The position numbers and the translations under genes are program-made. A DNA stretch of 64,000 nt. It comes from a virus. The notes beneath the pieces are model-generated. The model did no database searches, had not been told where the DNA came from, and saw nothing but the letters and a program-made list of their open reading frames with translations. Positions 27,985 to 36,443 of the stretch are shown here, one piece after another. Numbering within the stretch: position 1 is the stretch's first letter; the number at the start of each line of letters is the position of its first letter. The DNA is taken from the IMG/VR virus record IMGVR_UViG_3300036985_006490, positions 1-64,000 of that record, one strand, 5' to 3'.

Positions 27985-28389
27985 TTAGTCAATAAAGTTG
28001 ACATCATTAACGGTCAAAAAACTCCCTTTTGGGAACCCCAACAACTTTTCAAGTTCACCATAATTATGTGTAATTTCTTCACCATCCCCAATGTCCTTTG
28101 TTGAAATCAAATAAACCTCCCCGTCCCTCATATCAAATTTTGTATTTGGATTAGATGAATGATTACAAAATCTTCCCAATACATCGGTCTCATAGGCGTT
28201 CTTTTTTATTTTTCTTCCAATCATTCCTTGCTCCTTTGATAGTATCATTCCAATCTCTTCCCCTTTGCCAATTTTACCTTTAGTAATAACACCATACCCT
28301 TTGTTTGGTATTTGTTTAATATATATTAAATCGGGGTTAATCGATTCTATTAACATTTTTTTTTGAGACTCCGTAATAATAATTTTCAT
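27985..28389 (-). CDS. Leader plus SET-domain methyltransferase
   Basis: MKIIITESQKKMLIES; KGYGV, RFCNHSSNPN, KDIGDGEEITHNYG. Confidence 0.88.
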   Translation of the reverse strand: MKIIITESQKKMLIESINPDLIYIKQIPNKGYGVITKGKIGKGEEIGMILSKEQGMIGRKIKKNAYETDVLGRFCNHSSNPNTKFDMRDGEVYLISTKDIGDGEEITHNYGELEKLLGFPKGSFLTVNDVNFID

Positions 28390-28433
28390 ATATCAATAAA
28401 TATGCTATCCTGAGAAAAGGGGTTGGGATTATC

Positions 28434-28685
28434 TTACTGAAGAAATCTTCTTCGACCCGTTCTACCTCGACCAATCAATCTCATACGTTCCCAATCATTT
28501 CTATCAAAGACAACAACCACATGTCTACGACGAACAATAACCTTTGTAGCCTTAGGAAACATATCATATTTCTTATTTACCATTTTTTCTGAATCCAGCA
28601 AATGATTCAAATAACTTTTTTCCATTGTTTGAGCATTAACTCCCAAACCCAATAACATCATTACAATAAAAATAATCTTTTTCAT
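28434..28685 (-). CDS. Small secreted protein
   Basis: Signal peptide ending VNA-Q. Confidence 0.65.
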   Translation of the reverse strand: MKKIIFIVMMLLGLGVNAQTMEKSYLNHLLDSEKMVNKKYDMFPKATKVIVRRRHVVVVFDRNDWERMRLIGRGRTGRRRFLQ

Positions 28686-28754
28686 ATTAAAAAATATAAT
28701 AAAAAAACCCCACCTATTAAAGGGTGAGGTTTTAATAATTCATATTATATTATT

Positions 28755-29264
28755 TTACTTGAGTTCATAATTGTAAGCAACTCGTATTTTTGGATTCCTC
28801 AAGATATTTTTTATCTTTTGAATATTTGAGGATAAATCTCCCTCATTCCACATCATGCTTAAAGAATTTCGACCTAGAGGGGCTAATCCATTTTCTATCC
28901 CTATTTGTTTTGTCTCAGGTGTCTCGTACATAAAGATTACGCTTCCATTGTCATTAATCGAAAGATAATATGTAGCTTTAGCACCTTTACCTTGAACCCA
29001 CACCGCATCATTATAGTTTAAACCAGTCTCTGGCACCCCCTCAACTTCGTATTCATCAAATCTAGTGGGTTTTTTGAATGCCATCAATTCTGTTTTAACT
29101 TTTTCGAAAGCTTCTTTATTTGGATTGATAGATTGCCCTTTTTTTGGTTCTGAAGGGACTTTTTTTGTGGGGTCAAGCTCAATATTCAAGTCACCTTGTT
29201 CCTTAATAACTCGTTTTACCAATTTAACCAAATCGGATTCGGTTAATCTTATTGTTTTTTTCAT
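28755..29264 (-). CDS. RLTESDL-leader protein
   Basis: MKKTIRLTESDLVKLVKRVIKEQ. Confidence 0.75.
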   Translation of the reverse strand: MKKTIRLTESDLVKLVKRVIKEQGDLNIELDPTKKVPSEPKKGQSINPNKEAFEKVKTELMAFKKPTRFDEYEVEGVPETGLNYNDAVWVQGKGAKATYYLSINDNGSVIFMYETPETKQIGIENGLAPLGRNSLSMMWNEGDLSSNIQKIKNILRNPKIRVAYNYELK

Positions 29265-29276
29265 TTTATTTTTTTT

Positions 29277-29585
29277 TTATAATTTATGATTTACAGTACA
29301 AAAAACTTTTTTAGTTGCACCTCTCAATAATCCATCAATCTTGAGGAGAGGAGATTTTATCTGATTATGTACTTCTTGATATTCTTCAACTTCGGAATCT
29401 TTTGGAACTAGTTTTCCTAACTTACAAACATCATTGTAATATTTCTCTTTAAGTTTTTTGTCCAATTTTAAGAATCTTACTTTGGAGTCAGTACCAGTTT
29501 CGGTAATTACATTCTCAACTAATCTTTTCTCCAATCTTTGGTTGGCTTCTTGAATATGCCTGATTTTGCTAAAACTTCTATTCAT
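29277..29585 (-). CDS. Leader-type protein (SKIRHIQEAN class)
   Basis: MNRSFSKIRHIQEANQRLEKRLVE; TATTTAT upstream. Confidence 0.7.
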   Translation of the reverse strand: MNRSFSKIRHIQEANQRLEKRLVENVITETGTDSKVRFLKLDKKLKEKYYNDVCKLGKLVPKDSEVEEYQEVHNQIKSPLLKIDGLLRGATKKVFCTVNHKL

Positions 29586-29622
29586 AATTTTGTATTTCTA
29601 ATAAATATCTATACTGTATAAT

Positions 29623-29769
29623 TTAATTATCTCGGTATTCATTAATTTTATCAAGAGCCATTTGTCGTGCCAATTTTTCGAAATAACGATGAATCCAATT
29701 TTCATCTCCAAAATATGTCATTAATCCTTCGTCAGCACCAAATACCGTATTTCCCTCTTCGTATCTCAT
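29623..29769 (-). CDS. Small hypothetical protein (48 aa)
   Basis: MRYEEGNTVFGADEG...; TATTTAT 3 nt upstream. Confidence 0.5.
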   Translation of the reverse strand: MRYEEGNTVFGADEGLMTYFGDENWIHRYFEKLARQMALDKINEYRDN

Positions 29770-29787
29770 ATCAATAAATATACATAA

Positions 29788-30378
29788 TTAAAATCTTAAA
29801 ATTCTTTCTCTGTCTTGAATATCTACGATGTGCAAATATATATCTTCAAGGTCTTCACCTGATTTAATTTTTTCAATAACATCTTCCTTTTTATAAAGAG
29901 TGTTTCTAACAATAAAGTCAATCATTTCTTCATCTGTGATTCCTTCAGGTTTTTTGGGTTCAGGAGTACACTCATAGTCTCTATCCAATGTACCAATGTC
30001 TTCAATAGATAACCCTGACTCTCCAACGATTTGTTCAAACTTAGGAACCATCGTCTCATCATACCATTCAAGAATTACATGTAGAACATATGATTTTCTT
30101 AAACTCAATGCGGTTGTAAGAACATCAACAAAACTTTTGGATATCATCAAATAACCTTGGTCAAATCTGCCATCCTCAAAATAATAAACTGCGGTAATTA
30201 CTTCTTTTCCATCAACACACCAATCCTCACGAAGATTTCCGTAATTACGTGCCTTCGGAGTGACCTTACGTTTGCCACCATCAATATATTGATTTATATA
30301 TTTGACAATAGCGTTGCTAATAGACTGGCTACTCCTGTTAAGTTTTCTATATTGGTCTTCTGTTATAATATATTTCAT
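29788..30378 (-). CDS. ITE-leader protein (WF-domain-like plus extension)
   Basis: MKYIITEDQYRKL. Confidence 0.75.
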   Translation of the reverse strand: MKYIITEDQYRKLNRSSQSISNAIVKYINQYIDGGKRKVTPKARNYGNLREDWCVDGKEVITAVYYFEDGRFDQGYLMISKSFVDVLTTALSLRKSYVLHVILEWYDETMVPKFEQIVGESGLSIEDIGTLDRDYECTPEPKKPEGITDEEMIDFIVRNTLYKKEDVIEKIKSGEDLEDIYLHIVDIQDRERILRF

Positions 30379-30380
30379 AA

Positions 30381-30623
30381 TTAAAAATTATAAATCATTA
30401 TATAATTCCCTTTAGTGCGAGATGGTTTATATATTTCACCGTGATAATCAAACATCGTTTTTACTGAATTAGCCAAAGCTTTAATCTCATCAACTTGAAA
30501 GGGACGTTTCAAATAAATAATTACCTTTCCATCCTCTATTTGGGCATCATCAATAAAGTCTTTCTCTTCCAAAAACCTTAAAACAAGTTTTCCCAAACGG
30601 TCTTCCGTAACAATAATTTTCAT
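30381..30623 (-). CDS. VTE-leader protein
   Basis: MKIIVTEDRLGKLVLRFL. Confidence 0.7.
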   Translation of the reverse strand: MKIIVTEDRLGKLVLRFLEEKDFIDDAQIEDGKVIIYLKRPFQVDEIKALANSVKTMFDYHGEIYKPSRTKGNYIMIYNF

Positions 30624-30643
30624 GTCAATAAATACTCAAACAT

Positions 30644-30696
30644 TCAAAAAAGGGGATGGGGATTAGAACGACCGAAGGGAGAACGCGGTATACGAA
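30644..30696. repeat. Intergenic repeat, copy 1
   Basis: caaaaaagggg..ggggatt...acgaccgaagggagaacg..gtatacgaa. Confidence 0.85.
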
Positions 30697-30761
30697 CAAC
30701 AATAAAAAACCCCCACCTTTATGGGGTGGGGTCATTTAATTAACCTTTATCATATTAATTT

Positions 30762-31298
30762 TTATGGATTATCATTTATTCTCATTTTTAATTTAAAATC
30801 TAAATTTGTTTTAGGGGTAAATCCAACATAATCTGATATTAATTCTTGTCCTATTTTATCCTCAAAAATTTCTTCATAACTTATCTTAAAACCAAATTTT
30901 AAATTTAACATTTTATTTTTTTCCTCATCCAACTGACATTTTGAATTCCAAATGGTTTCATGATTATTTATTAAAAAATCTTCATCAATTTCATAATAAC
31001 CATCAATAATACTATCAGAATAGTGGTGCCATTTTTTTCTTAATATAGCATATAAACCACTTTCGGCTTGCTTTAATGTATTTTTTCTGTATAGTATAAT
31101 AATTTTATTAAAAAATATTATATCTTTCAAATCGAAATCATTATTAGACAATGTCCTTTTTAAAATAAAATTATCCTCAACTTTATAATTTAAAGAGTGG
31201 TCTATTTCGGTTATAAATTTTATGTTTAATTCGTTAGATAACCATTTACAGATACTATATGATCCAGTTCTACCGTTACTTATTAATAAAATTTTCAT
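30762..31298 (-). CDS. P-loop sulfotransferase-like protein
   Basis: Start at ATG 31298, MKILLISNGRTGS; ILYRKN...QAES, ISYEEIF; paralog of 54747. Confidence 0.65.
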   Translation of the reverse strand: MKILLISNGRTGSYSICKWLSNELNIKFITEIDHSLNYKVEDNFILKRTLSNNDFDLKDIIFFNKIIILYRKNTLKQAESGLYAILRKKWHHYSDSIIDGYYEIDEDFLINNHETIWNSKCQLDEEKNKMLNLKFGFKISYEEIFEDKIGQELISDYVGFTPKTNLDFKLKMRINDNP

Positions 31299-31318
31299 TG
31301 ACAATAAATATCCATTAT

Positions 31319-31382
31319 TCCAAAAAAGGGGCTGGGGATTCCCACGACCGAAGGGAGAACGGACGGCCGTATACGAATATCC
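31319..31382. repeat. Intergenic repeat, copy 2
   Basis: Same core, ggggattcccacgaccgaagggagaacg. Confidence 0.85.
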
Positions 31383-31383
31383 A

Positions 31384-31551
31384 TCATTTATCACAGACAA
31401 TATCATTCCCCTTCTTTCCACATACCTCACAAACATTTCCCTGTGAAGCGCAAGTTCCCTTAAACTCCCCACCTTTAAGAAATATCAGTCTCACGGACAT
31501 CAATATAAAAAATAAAGAAATAAATCCAATCGTTATCAGCAGTGTAATCAT
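31384..31551 (-). CDS. Small membrane protein with a Cys motif (Bacteroidota NqrM-like)
   Basis: MITLLITIGFISLFFILMSVRLIFLKGGEFKGTCASQGNVCEVCGK...C; not in the ORF track. Confidence 0.65.
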   Translation of the reverse strand: MITLLITIGFISLFFILMSVRLIFLKGGEFKGTCASQGNVCEVCGKKGNDIVCDK

Positions 31552-31572
31552 ATCAATAAATATCTTAATCCA

Positions 31573-31734
31573 TCAAGACATCTTATTCTTTAATATCTTC
31601 ATCTCCCTCTCCAAACCTTCAATCTTATATCTTATCATCCGTTGTATATCCTCCTCACCATACCTAATAGCAGACACCAACATCTTATTCAATTTCTCAA
31701 TTCGGTCTTCCAAATCATTAAGTTGTTTTTTCAT
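31573..31734 (-). CDS. Small coiled-coil protein (53 aa)
   Basis: MKKQLNDLEDRIEKLNKML...; TATTTAT upstream. Confidence 0.6.
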   Translation of the reverse strand: MKKQLNDLEDRIEKLNKMLVSAIRYGEEDIQRMIRYKIEGLEREMKILKNKMS

Positions 31735-31760
31735 ATCATAAATATAATAAAAAACCCCAA

Positions 31761-31821
31761 TTCAAAAAAGGGGTCGGGGATTCCCACGACCGAAGGGAGA
31801 ACGCGGTATACGAATATCCCC
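31761..31821. repeat. Intergenic repeat, copy 3
   Basis: Same core; flanked by complementary ggggat/atcccc. Confidence 0.85.
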
Positions 31822-31825
31822 AATC

Positions 31826-32077
31826 TTATTCTTTTGAGAAAATATCATTAATTACATCTTCCGTATCAAAAAGAAATCTCGGGTCATCCAATGACATGTA
31901 ATTCTCAATACCAACATACTGCAAATCAATATCCTCATGACCCGAACGTTTCACAATTCCATGCTCAAATTTCCCCCCATCAATTATTGATTGTGCCTCC
32001 TCCAAACTCTCACACTCCAACTCAACGGTAATAAACTCCGTATAAACCCTAACCCCATTAAATTGATATGTATTCAT
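31826..32077 (-). CDS. Hypothetical acidic protein (host-type promoter)
   Basis: TATCTTTG upstream; resembles 48143. Confidence 0.65.
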   Translation of the reverse strand: MNTYQFNGVRVYTEFITVELECESLEEAQSIIDGGKFEHGIVKRSGHEDIDLQYVGIENYMSLDDPRFLFDTEDVINDIFSKE

Positions 32078-32191
32078 AGTTTCCTTTTTTTACAAAGATA
32101 CATATTCCCCAAAATTTTTCCAAAAATTTTTTTTAGGATTTGGGGTCTATTTCAGAAGGGAGGTTATGTTTATAGAAATGACTACCCCATA

Positions 32192-32575
32192 TTATGAATT
32201 GGTCCTTACAAACTTATCCATATATGACTTGTCATTTATTCTTACATCTTTAGGTGTTATCCCAAAATTATCGGTAAACCATTTTTCAAAAAACTTAATG
32301 GTATATTCACTTTCAGTCAAAGCAGGATAATACCTAAACATTTCCCAATACACATGATAGGTAACATATAGTAAATCCTTGTTTGGATAATATTCCATTA
32401 TCACCGATGGGTCCTTGTGTCTATTATTACTATAATCATAATTAGCACTTAACTTATCCCCATGATAAACATACCACTTGGTTTTAGTCTTTTTGTATCT
32501 TGTTCTTGGATATAGAATATCAAACAATTTACCCATCGTTTTAAATAATTGACTTTCCGTTATGACATATTCCAT
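32192..32575 (-). CDS. Leader plus WF-domain family protein
   Basis: MEYVITESQL...FFEKWF. Confidence 0.75.
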   Translation of the reverse strand: MEYVITESQLFKTMGKLFDILYPRTRYKKTKTKWYVYHGDKLSANYDYSNNRHKDPSVIMEYYPNKDLLYVTYHVYWEMFRYYPALTESEYTIKFFEKWFTDNFGITPKDVRINDKSYMDKFVRTNS

Positions 32576-32628
32576 AACATATAAATAGACAGGAGGGGAA
32601 ATAAAAACCCCACTCTTATGAATGGGGG

Positions 32629-32946
32629 TTAAAAATATATTGAATAATAAACATCATAAATGGGTTCATCAGGATATTTTTTCTCAAACCATCGTTGAAT
32701 TAATTTTTCAGTCTCAGAAAAATTCCTCCCGAACAATTCACTTATTGTTACAAACAAATTCTTACTAACTCCCAAGTGTTTACCAAAATACTGAAATACC
32801 ATATTTCCATTTTCATCAACAATGTCGAAGTCCTTTTCATCCCCAAGTTGATGACTTGACTCTCTATGAATAAGTTCCCCCACCACTGAAGTAATATACT
32901 CATCAACCAATCTTAAAAGTCTATCTTCACTTATAATATATTTCAT
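32629..32946 (-). CDS. Leader plus WF-domain family protein
   Basis: MKYIISEDRL...IQRWFEKKY. Confidence 0.75.
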   Translation of the reverse strand: MKYIISEDRLLRLVDEYITSVVGELIHRESSHQLGDEKDFDIVDENGNMVFQYFGKHLGVSKNLFVTISELFGRNFSETEKLIQRWFEKKYPDEPIYDVYYSIYF

Positions 32947-32999
32947 ACTAATAAATACCCATAAAATAAAAAACCCCTCTTAGTGGAGGGGTCATTTAA

Positions 33000-33263
33000 T
33001 TAATCTTTATTTACTTTATTAGTTTCCCAAAATTGTCTTATACGAGATCTAGATGCTTGATCAGTATAATCTTCCCATCTATCGTCCATACCATTTGGAG
33101 TTTCCAATCCAATAACTATATCAGGGTTAAACATACTCAGTCTTTTAACTTCACGAAAATCTGAATCTATTGACAAATGTTTAGATCTAACAACATCATT
33201 GTCCACATCATAAATAAGTTCGATAGTGCTTCCAAATGAATCTACAATTGTTTCTTGTATCAT
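33000..33263 (-). CDS. Hypothetical protein
   Basis: ATG at 33263, downstream of TATTTAT. Confidence 0.65.
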   Translation of the reverse strand: MIQETIVDSFGSTIELIYDVDNDVVRSKHLSIDSDFREVKRLSMFNPDIVIGLETPNGMDDRWEDYTDQASRSRIRQFWETNKVNKD

Positions 33264-33346
33264 AATATTAATGTTTATTATAAATATCATGGAGAATAAA
33301 AAAACCCCTCTATCGGGAGGGGTTCATTAAAAATTACTTATATAAC

Positions 33347-33799
33347 TTAGAATCTATCACTGTCATCATTTGATTTTGACATTCGACTTTGAGTTGCAAA
33401 TGGAATAAGCTTACGGAAAAGTGACCTTGTCTCCCCTTGAATGTCATTTAACTCCAAAGAATTACCTCCCCATAGAATTTCTGATGTTTCTGAATCTACA
33501 ACCAAACTCTTACCGTTTAACCGAGCTATCATGACCCGAGGTTTGATTTCCCTAACATTAGTTACCATCTCATATGAGGGGTCCATCTCCAATGTTCGAT
33601 AAATGGTCTCCAAAGATTTACGGTCTTTAGAATTTTCAATACCCATAGCATCCTTTGCTCCTTTCATTATCTTAGAAAAGAATCCCTCAGGCTTTCTCAT
33701 TGGACCTTCCTTAAAATCCTCATTCATTTCTTGTTCTTTAATAGCCTTCTTTACCAATCTGACAAGATCTGATTCCGTTAATCTTATTACCTTTTTCAT
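33347..33799 (-). CDS. RLTESDL-leader protein
   Basis: MKKVIRLTESDLVRLVKKAIKEQ. Confidence 0.75.
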   Translation of the reverse strand: MKKVIRLTESDLVRLVKKAIKEQEMNEDFKEGPMRKPEGFFSKIMKGAKDAMGIENSKDRKSLETIYRTLEMDPSYEMVTNVREIKPRVMIARLNGKSLVVDSETSEILWGGNSLELNDIQGETRSLFRKLIPFATQSRMSKSNDDSDRF

Positions 33800-33866
33800 A
33801 TAAAAATTGTTTTATTATAAATAGTCAGAAAATAAAAAAACCCCTCGTTGAAGGGAGGGGTTAATA

Positions 33867-34163
33867 TTAGTTCAACTTCTTTATGTATTTACCAACACCC
33901 ATACTCATCATACTCATGAATCCATTTTTTCTCAACTTACCTTTAATCCTAATACCTGTATCCTTATCAAACCCCTCCGATTCAAAATAACCTGGACTTT
34001 CCACATCAACCACAACATAACTCCCCACATATTTTACCGTCACACATCCCGAATCCATATAAGGTTCCAAGTCATCAATAATATCAATACCCCGACCTTC
34101 TTCAATAACCTTTTGTACAATCTTAACCAATTCAGATTCCGTAAGTCTTACTATCTTTTTCAT
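33867..34163 (-). CDS. RLTESEL-leader protein
   Basis: MKKIVRLTESELVKIVQKVIEE from ATG at 34163. Confidence 0.75.
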   Translation of the reverse strand: MKKIVRLTESELVKIVQKVIEEGRGIDIIDDLEPYMDSGCVTVKYVGSYVVVDVESPGYFESEGFDKDTGIRIKGKLRKNGFMSMMSMGVGKYIKKLN

Positions 34164-34257
34164 ATTAATAAATACCCAAAAAAGGTCATTTTTTTTCCCA
34201 AAAATTTTTTTGCGCAATATTGGGGATTATCCCCCCAAAACTGACATTCTGACAGGA

Positions 34258-34299
34258 GGGGAGGGGGGATACGGGGGGTAGGGGCCCCATATGGGGGGG
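34258..34299 (+). other. G-run block with G-quadruplex potential
   Basis: Five runs of 4-7 G with 1-8 nt spacers in a very AT-rich genome. Confidence 0.6.
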
Positions 34300-34359
34300 T
34301 GTACCCCATGCCAGAGGGGAGGTATCAGGTATATTTATTTATCCCCCACCCCCTATGAG

Positions 34360-34422
34360 TTATCCACAAGTTGTTAGTGTGGATAACTTGTGGACATAAA
34401 CAGAATAATATATTGTGGATAA
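34360..34422. promoter_or_regulatory. DnaA-box cluster 1
   Basis: TTATCCACA at 34360-34368 (+), 34378-34386 (-) and 34414-34422 (-). Confidence 0.75.
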
Positions 34423-34644
34423 GTGGTATGACAAGCGGACAGTAATCAAAACCACGTAGGGGTAACCGAAGAATGTTCTGTATGATAGTACAATTATATC
34501 TTGGTTTTGTATGCTCTACTTAACATAATCCAGATTATGTAACATACTTCTATAACTCCCCCAACCTTTTATTGTATTATGTGGGGAATGTTTAGACACA
34601 CCTTAAAAGTTTTGTGGACTCTAATGTCCCCGACCACAGGGAGG

Positions 34645-35082
34645 TTAGAACGTATACTTAGGTTTCCCCTCCTTACGGTTAACATGCCATGTTCCAATAG
34701 CAACAGGACGCTGTCCTTGTATCTTTAACTCAGGGGGGACAGCATCTGAATTGACAACCTCTGACATAACCTTCTCAATACTTTTCTTAATTGATTGGTA
34801 ATCATCATACGTCATATCGGTTGCTGTAATGGGGTATGACAAATCAATATAACTACCCAAGTCCGTTTCCTCCTTTAACCAACCCTTCATTTCATCATCA
34901 TACATCTCTCCCCAAATGGCGGGGTCAAAATCAAAGTTAAGGAATATACTATTGTATTTCCCCAAGTCAGATTGATTAACAAACACATCCTTAATGTAGG
35001 GGAACTCCCTTGTTAATGATCTCTTTATTAATTTGAATGTATAATTGTCATACAATTTCTCCGTACTGTACTGATATCCCAT
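34645..35082 (-). CDS. Hypothetical protein
   Basis: 145-aa ORF with TATTTAT upstream. Confidence 0.7.
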   Translation of the reverse strand: MGYQYSTEKLYDNYTFKLIKRSLTREFPYIKDVFVNQSDLGKYNSIFLNFDFDPAIWGEMYDDEMKGWLKEETDLGSYIDLSYPITATDMTYDDYQSIKKSIEKVMSEVVNSDAVPPELKIQGQRPVAIGTWHVNRKEGKPKYTF

Positions 35083-35150
35083 TGAAATTTAGTTTATTAT
35101 AAATACCAAAATAGTTGGAACTTCCCCAAACTTATATTACATTTGTAATT

Positions 35151-35252
35151 ATGAGAAAAATATTGTTCTACGTGCTTTTGGGATGGTTTGCTTACAACGT
35201 GTTTAAGTGGTATAAAAAATCACAGAAACCACAAGCCCCACAGAATCCCTAA
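35151..35252 (+). CDS. Small single-TM peptide (33 aa)
   Basis: MRKILFYVLLGWFAYNVFKWYKK...; TACATTTG at 35138-35145. Confidence 0.55.
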   Translation: MRKILFYVLLGWFAYNVFKWYKKSQKPQAPQNP

Positions 35253-35509
35253 CCATTCATATATTCACGTATGAGTGATTGACACTTGCCCACAATATCC
35301 TTGGGGGTAATGTCATAGTCAGTCATCTCATACAACCCTTCGACCTTCGCATCGACACAAGCCCATGAGTTCATACTCACAGGCTTTCGATGGAAGGTCT
35401 TTTTTGCTTTCTCGAAATATAAGGAACCTGCCTCAACATCGTTGAGAGAAATAATAAACCTTATTCTTCCCTCCTCCATTAACTCCATCTTATAAACAAA
35501 ATCTTCCAT
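35249..35509 (-). CDS. Hypothetical protein
   Basis: ATG at 35509 (MEDFVYKMEL...), directly after TATTTATCCAC. Confidence 0.65.
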   Translation of the reverse strand: MEDFVYKMELMEEGRIRFIISLNDVEAGSLYFEKAKKTFHRKPVSMNSWACVDAKVEGLYEMTDYDITPKDIVGKCQSLIREYMNG

Positions 35510-35612
35510 GTGGATAAATATACACTCGGAACATATAAAAATAAAGTTATCCACACACTGACATTCTGTCCGTAGGGGGCAACATGTGGAAAACTTTTTC
35601 CTTTGTGGATAA
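35509..35612. promoter_or_regulatory. DnaA-box cluster 2
   Basis: TTATCCACA at 35509-35517 (-), 35547-35555 (+) and 35604-35612 (-); TTTTCCACA at 35585-35593 (-). Confidence 0.75.
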
Positions 35613-36367
35613 ATAAATAGGGGGAAAAACTTGACTTTGACAAAATGTCAGGGGAGCTTTGCATGGGGGATAATCCCTTTGGGGGGTTTTGGTTCCCCCA
35701 CTCTCTACCACTTTCCCCCACCATTAGTAGTGTATTCATGGCTGGTTATAGTGTAATGACCACTTTTTTCCCCCTGACGATAGTGTGAAGACCATATTTT
35801 TACTATCTTTGTTTCCTAGCAAAAAAAGGAATAGTAAGTGAGAGGTCGCGTGTAACGAACGTAGTGAGTGTTATATGAGTATTCACTCATAGTTTTAACC
35901 CCCCTTCAACGAACATTAGGGTATCTTAGATGACCCCTCATATAGACCATTACATTCCCCTTCAACGACATATCGTAGATGGTGGGAGAATGTGGGACTA
36001 ATGAATATAACATCTAATTACTACCGAAGGTCTTATCTTTAATGTTATCTCACCATAGAATTGTAATGTGAAATAATATATGTTAATTCGGATCCCCACC
36101 GAATAGGTGGTGCTTATTTAACATCTCACCTTCACACAATATCACCATGTCATTTGATGTCCTGTAGTTGGCGGGGGACACTATATTAGGTGGGGACAGT
36201 TTGTCCCCATGTATAACTCTCCAAATGTGTGTTAAAAAATGAGTTTTGGAGGATTATACAGTAATAAGAATGTGGAATAAATGAACGAATGAAATGGTCG
36301 GGAACACGACAGTGTTCCTCATCCGACCATGTAGTGAGTGAATTATATTACACATTCTCTATAATAT

Positions 36368-36395
36368 AAAAACCCCCACCTTTTGAGTGAGGGTT
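36368..36395 (-). terminator. Terminator of the ACCCTCAC...GTGGGGGTTTTT family
   Basis: Near-identical copies at 41511, 42251, 42926 and 47767. Confidence 0.85.
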
Positions 36396-36443
36396 GTAAA
36401 ATTTAGAATGCCAAACTAATGACCCACAAGAATCCTCCGAGAG

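Noticed and set aside
30762-31472. 236-aa version of the sulfotransferase-like ORF
   Set aside because: The extension crosses an intergenic repeat and a separate small gene; ATG 31298 behind TATTTAT matches paralog 54747.
30644-31821. CRISPR or attC interpretation of the three intergenic repeats
   Set aside because: Spacing is 440-680 bp with whole genes between copies; no attC R-box structure or integrase was recognized.
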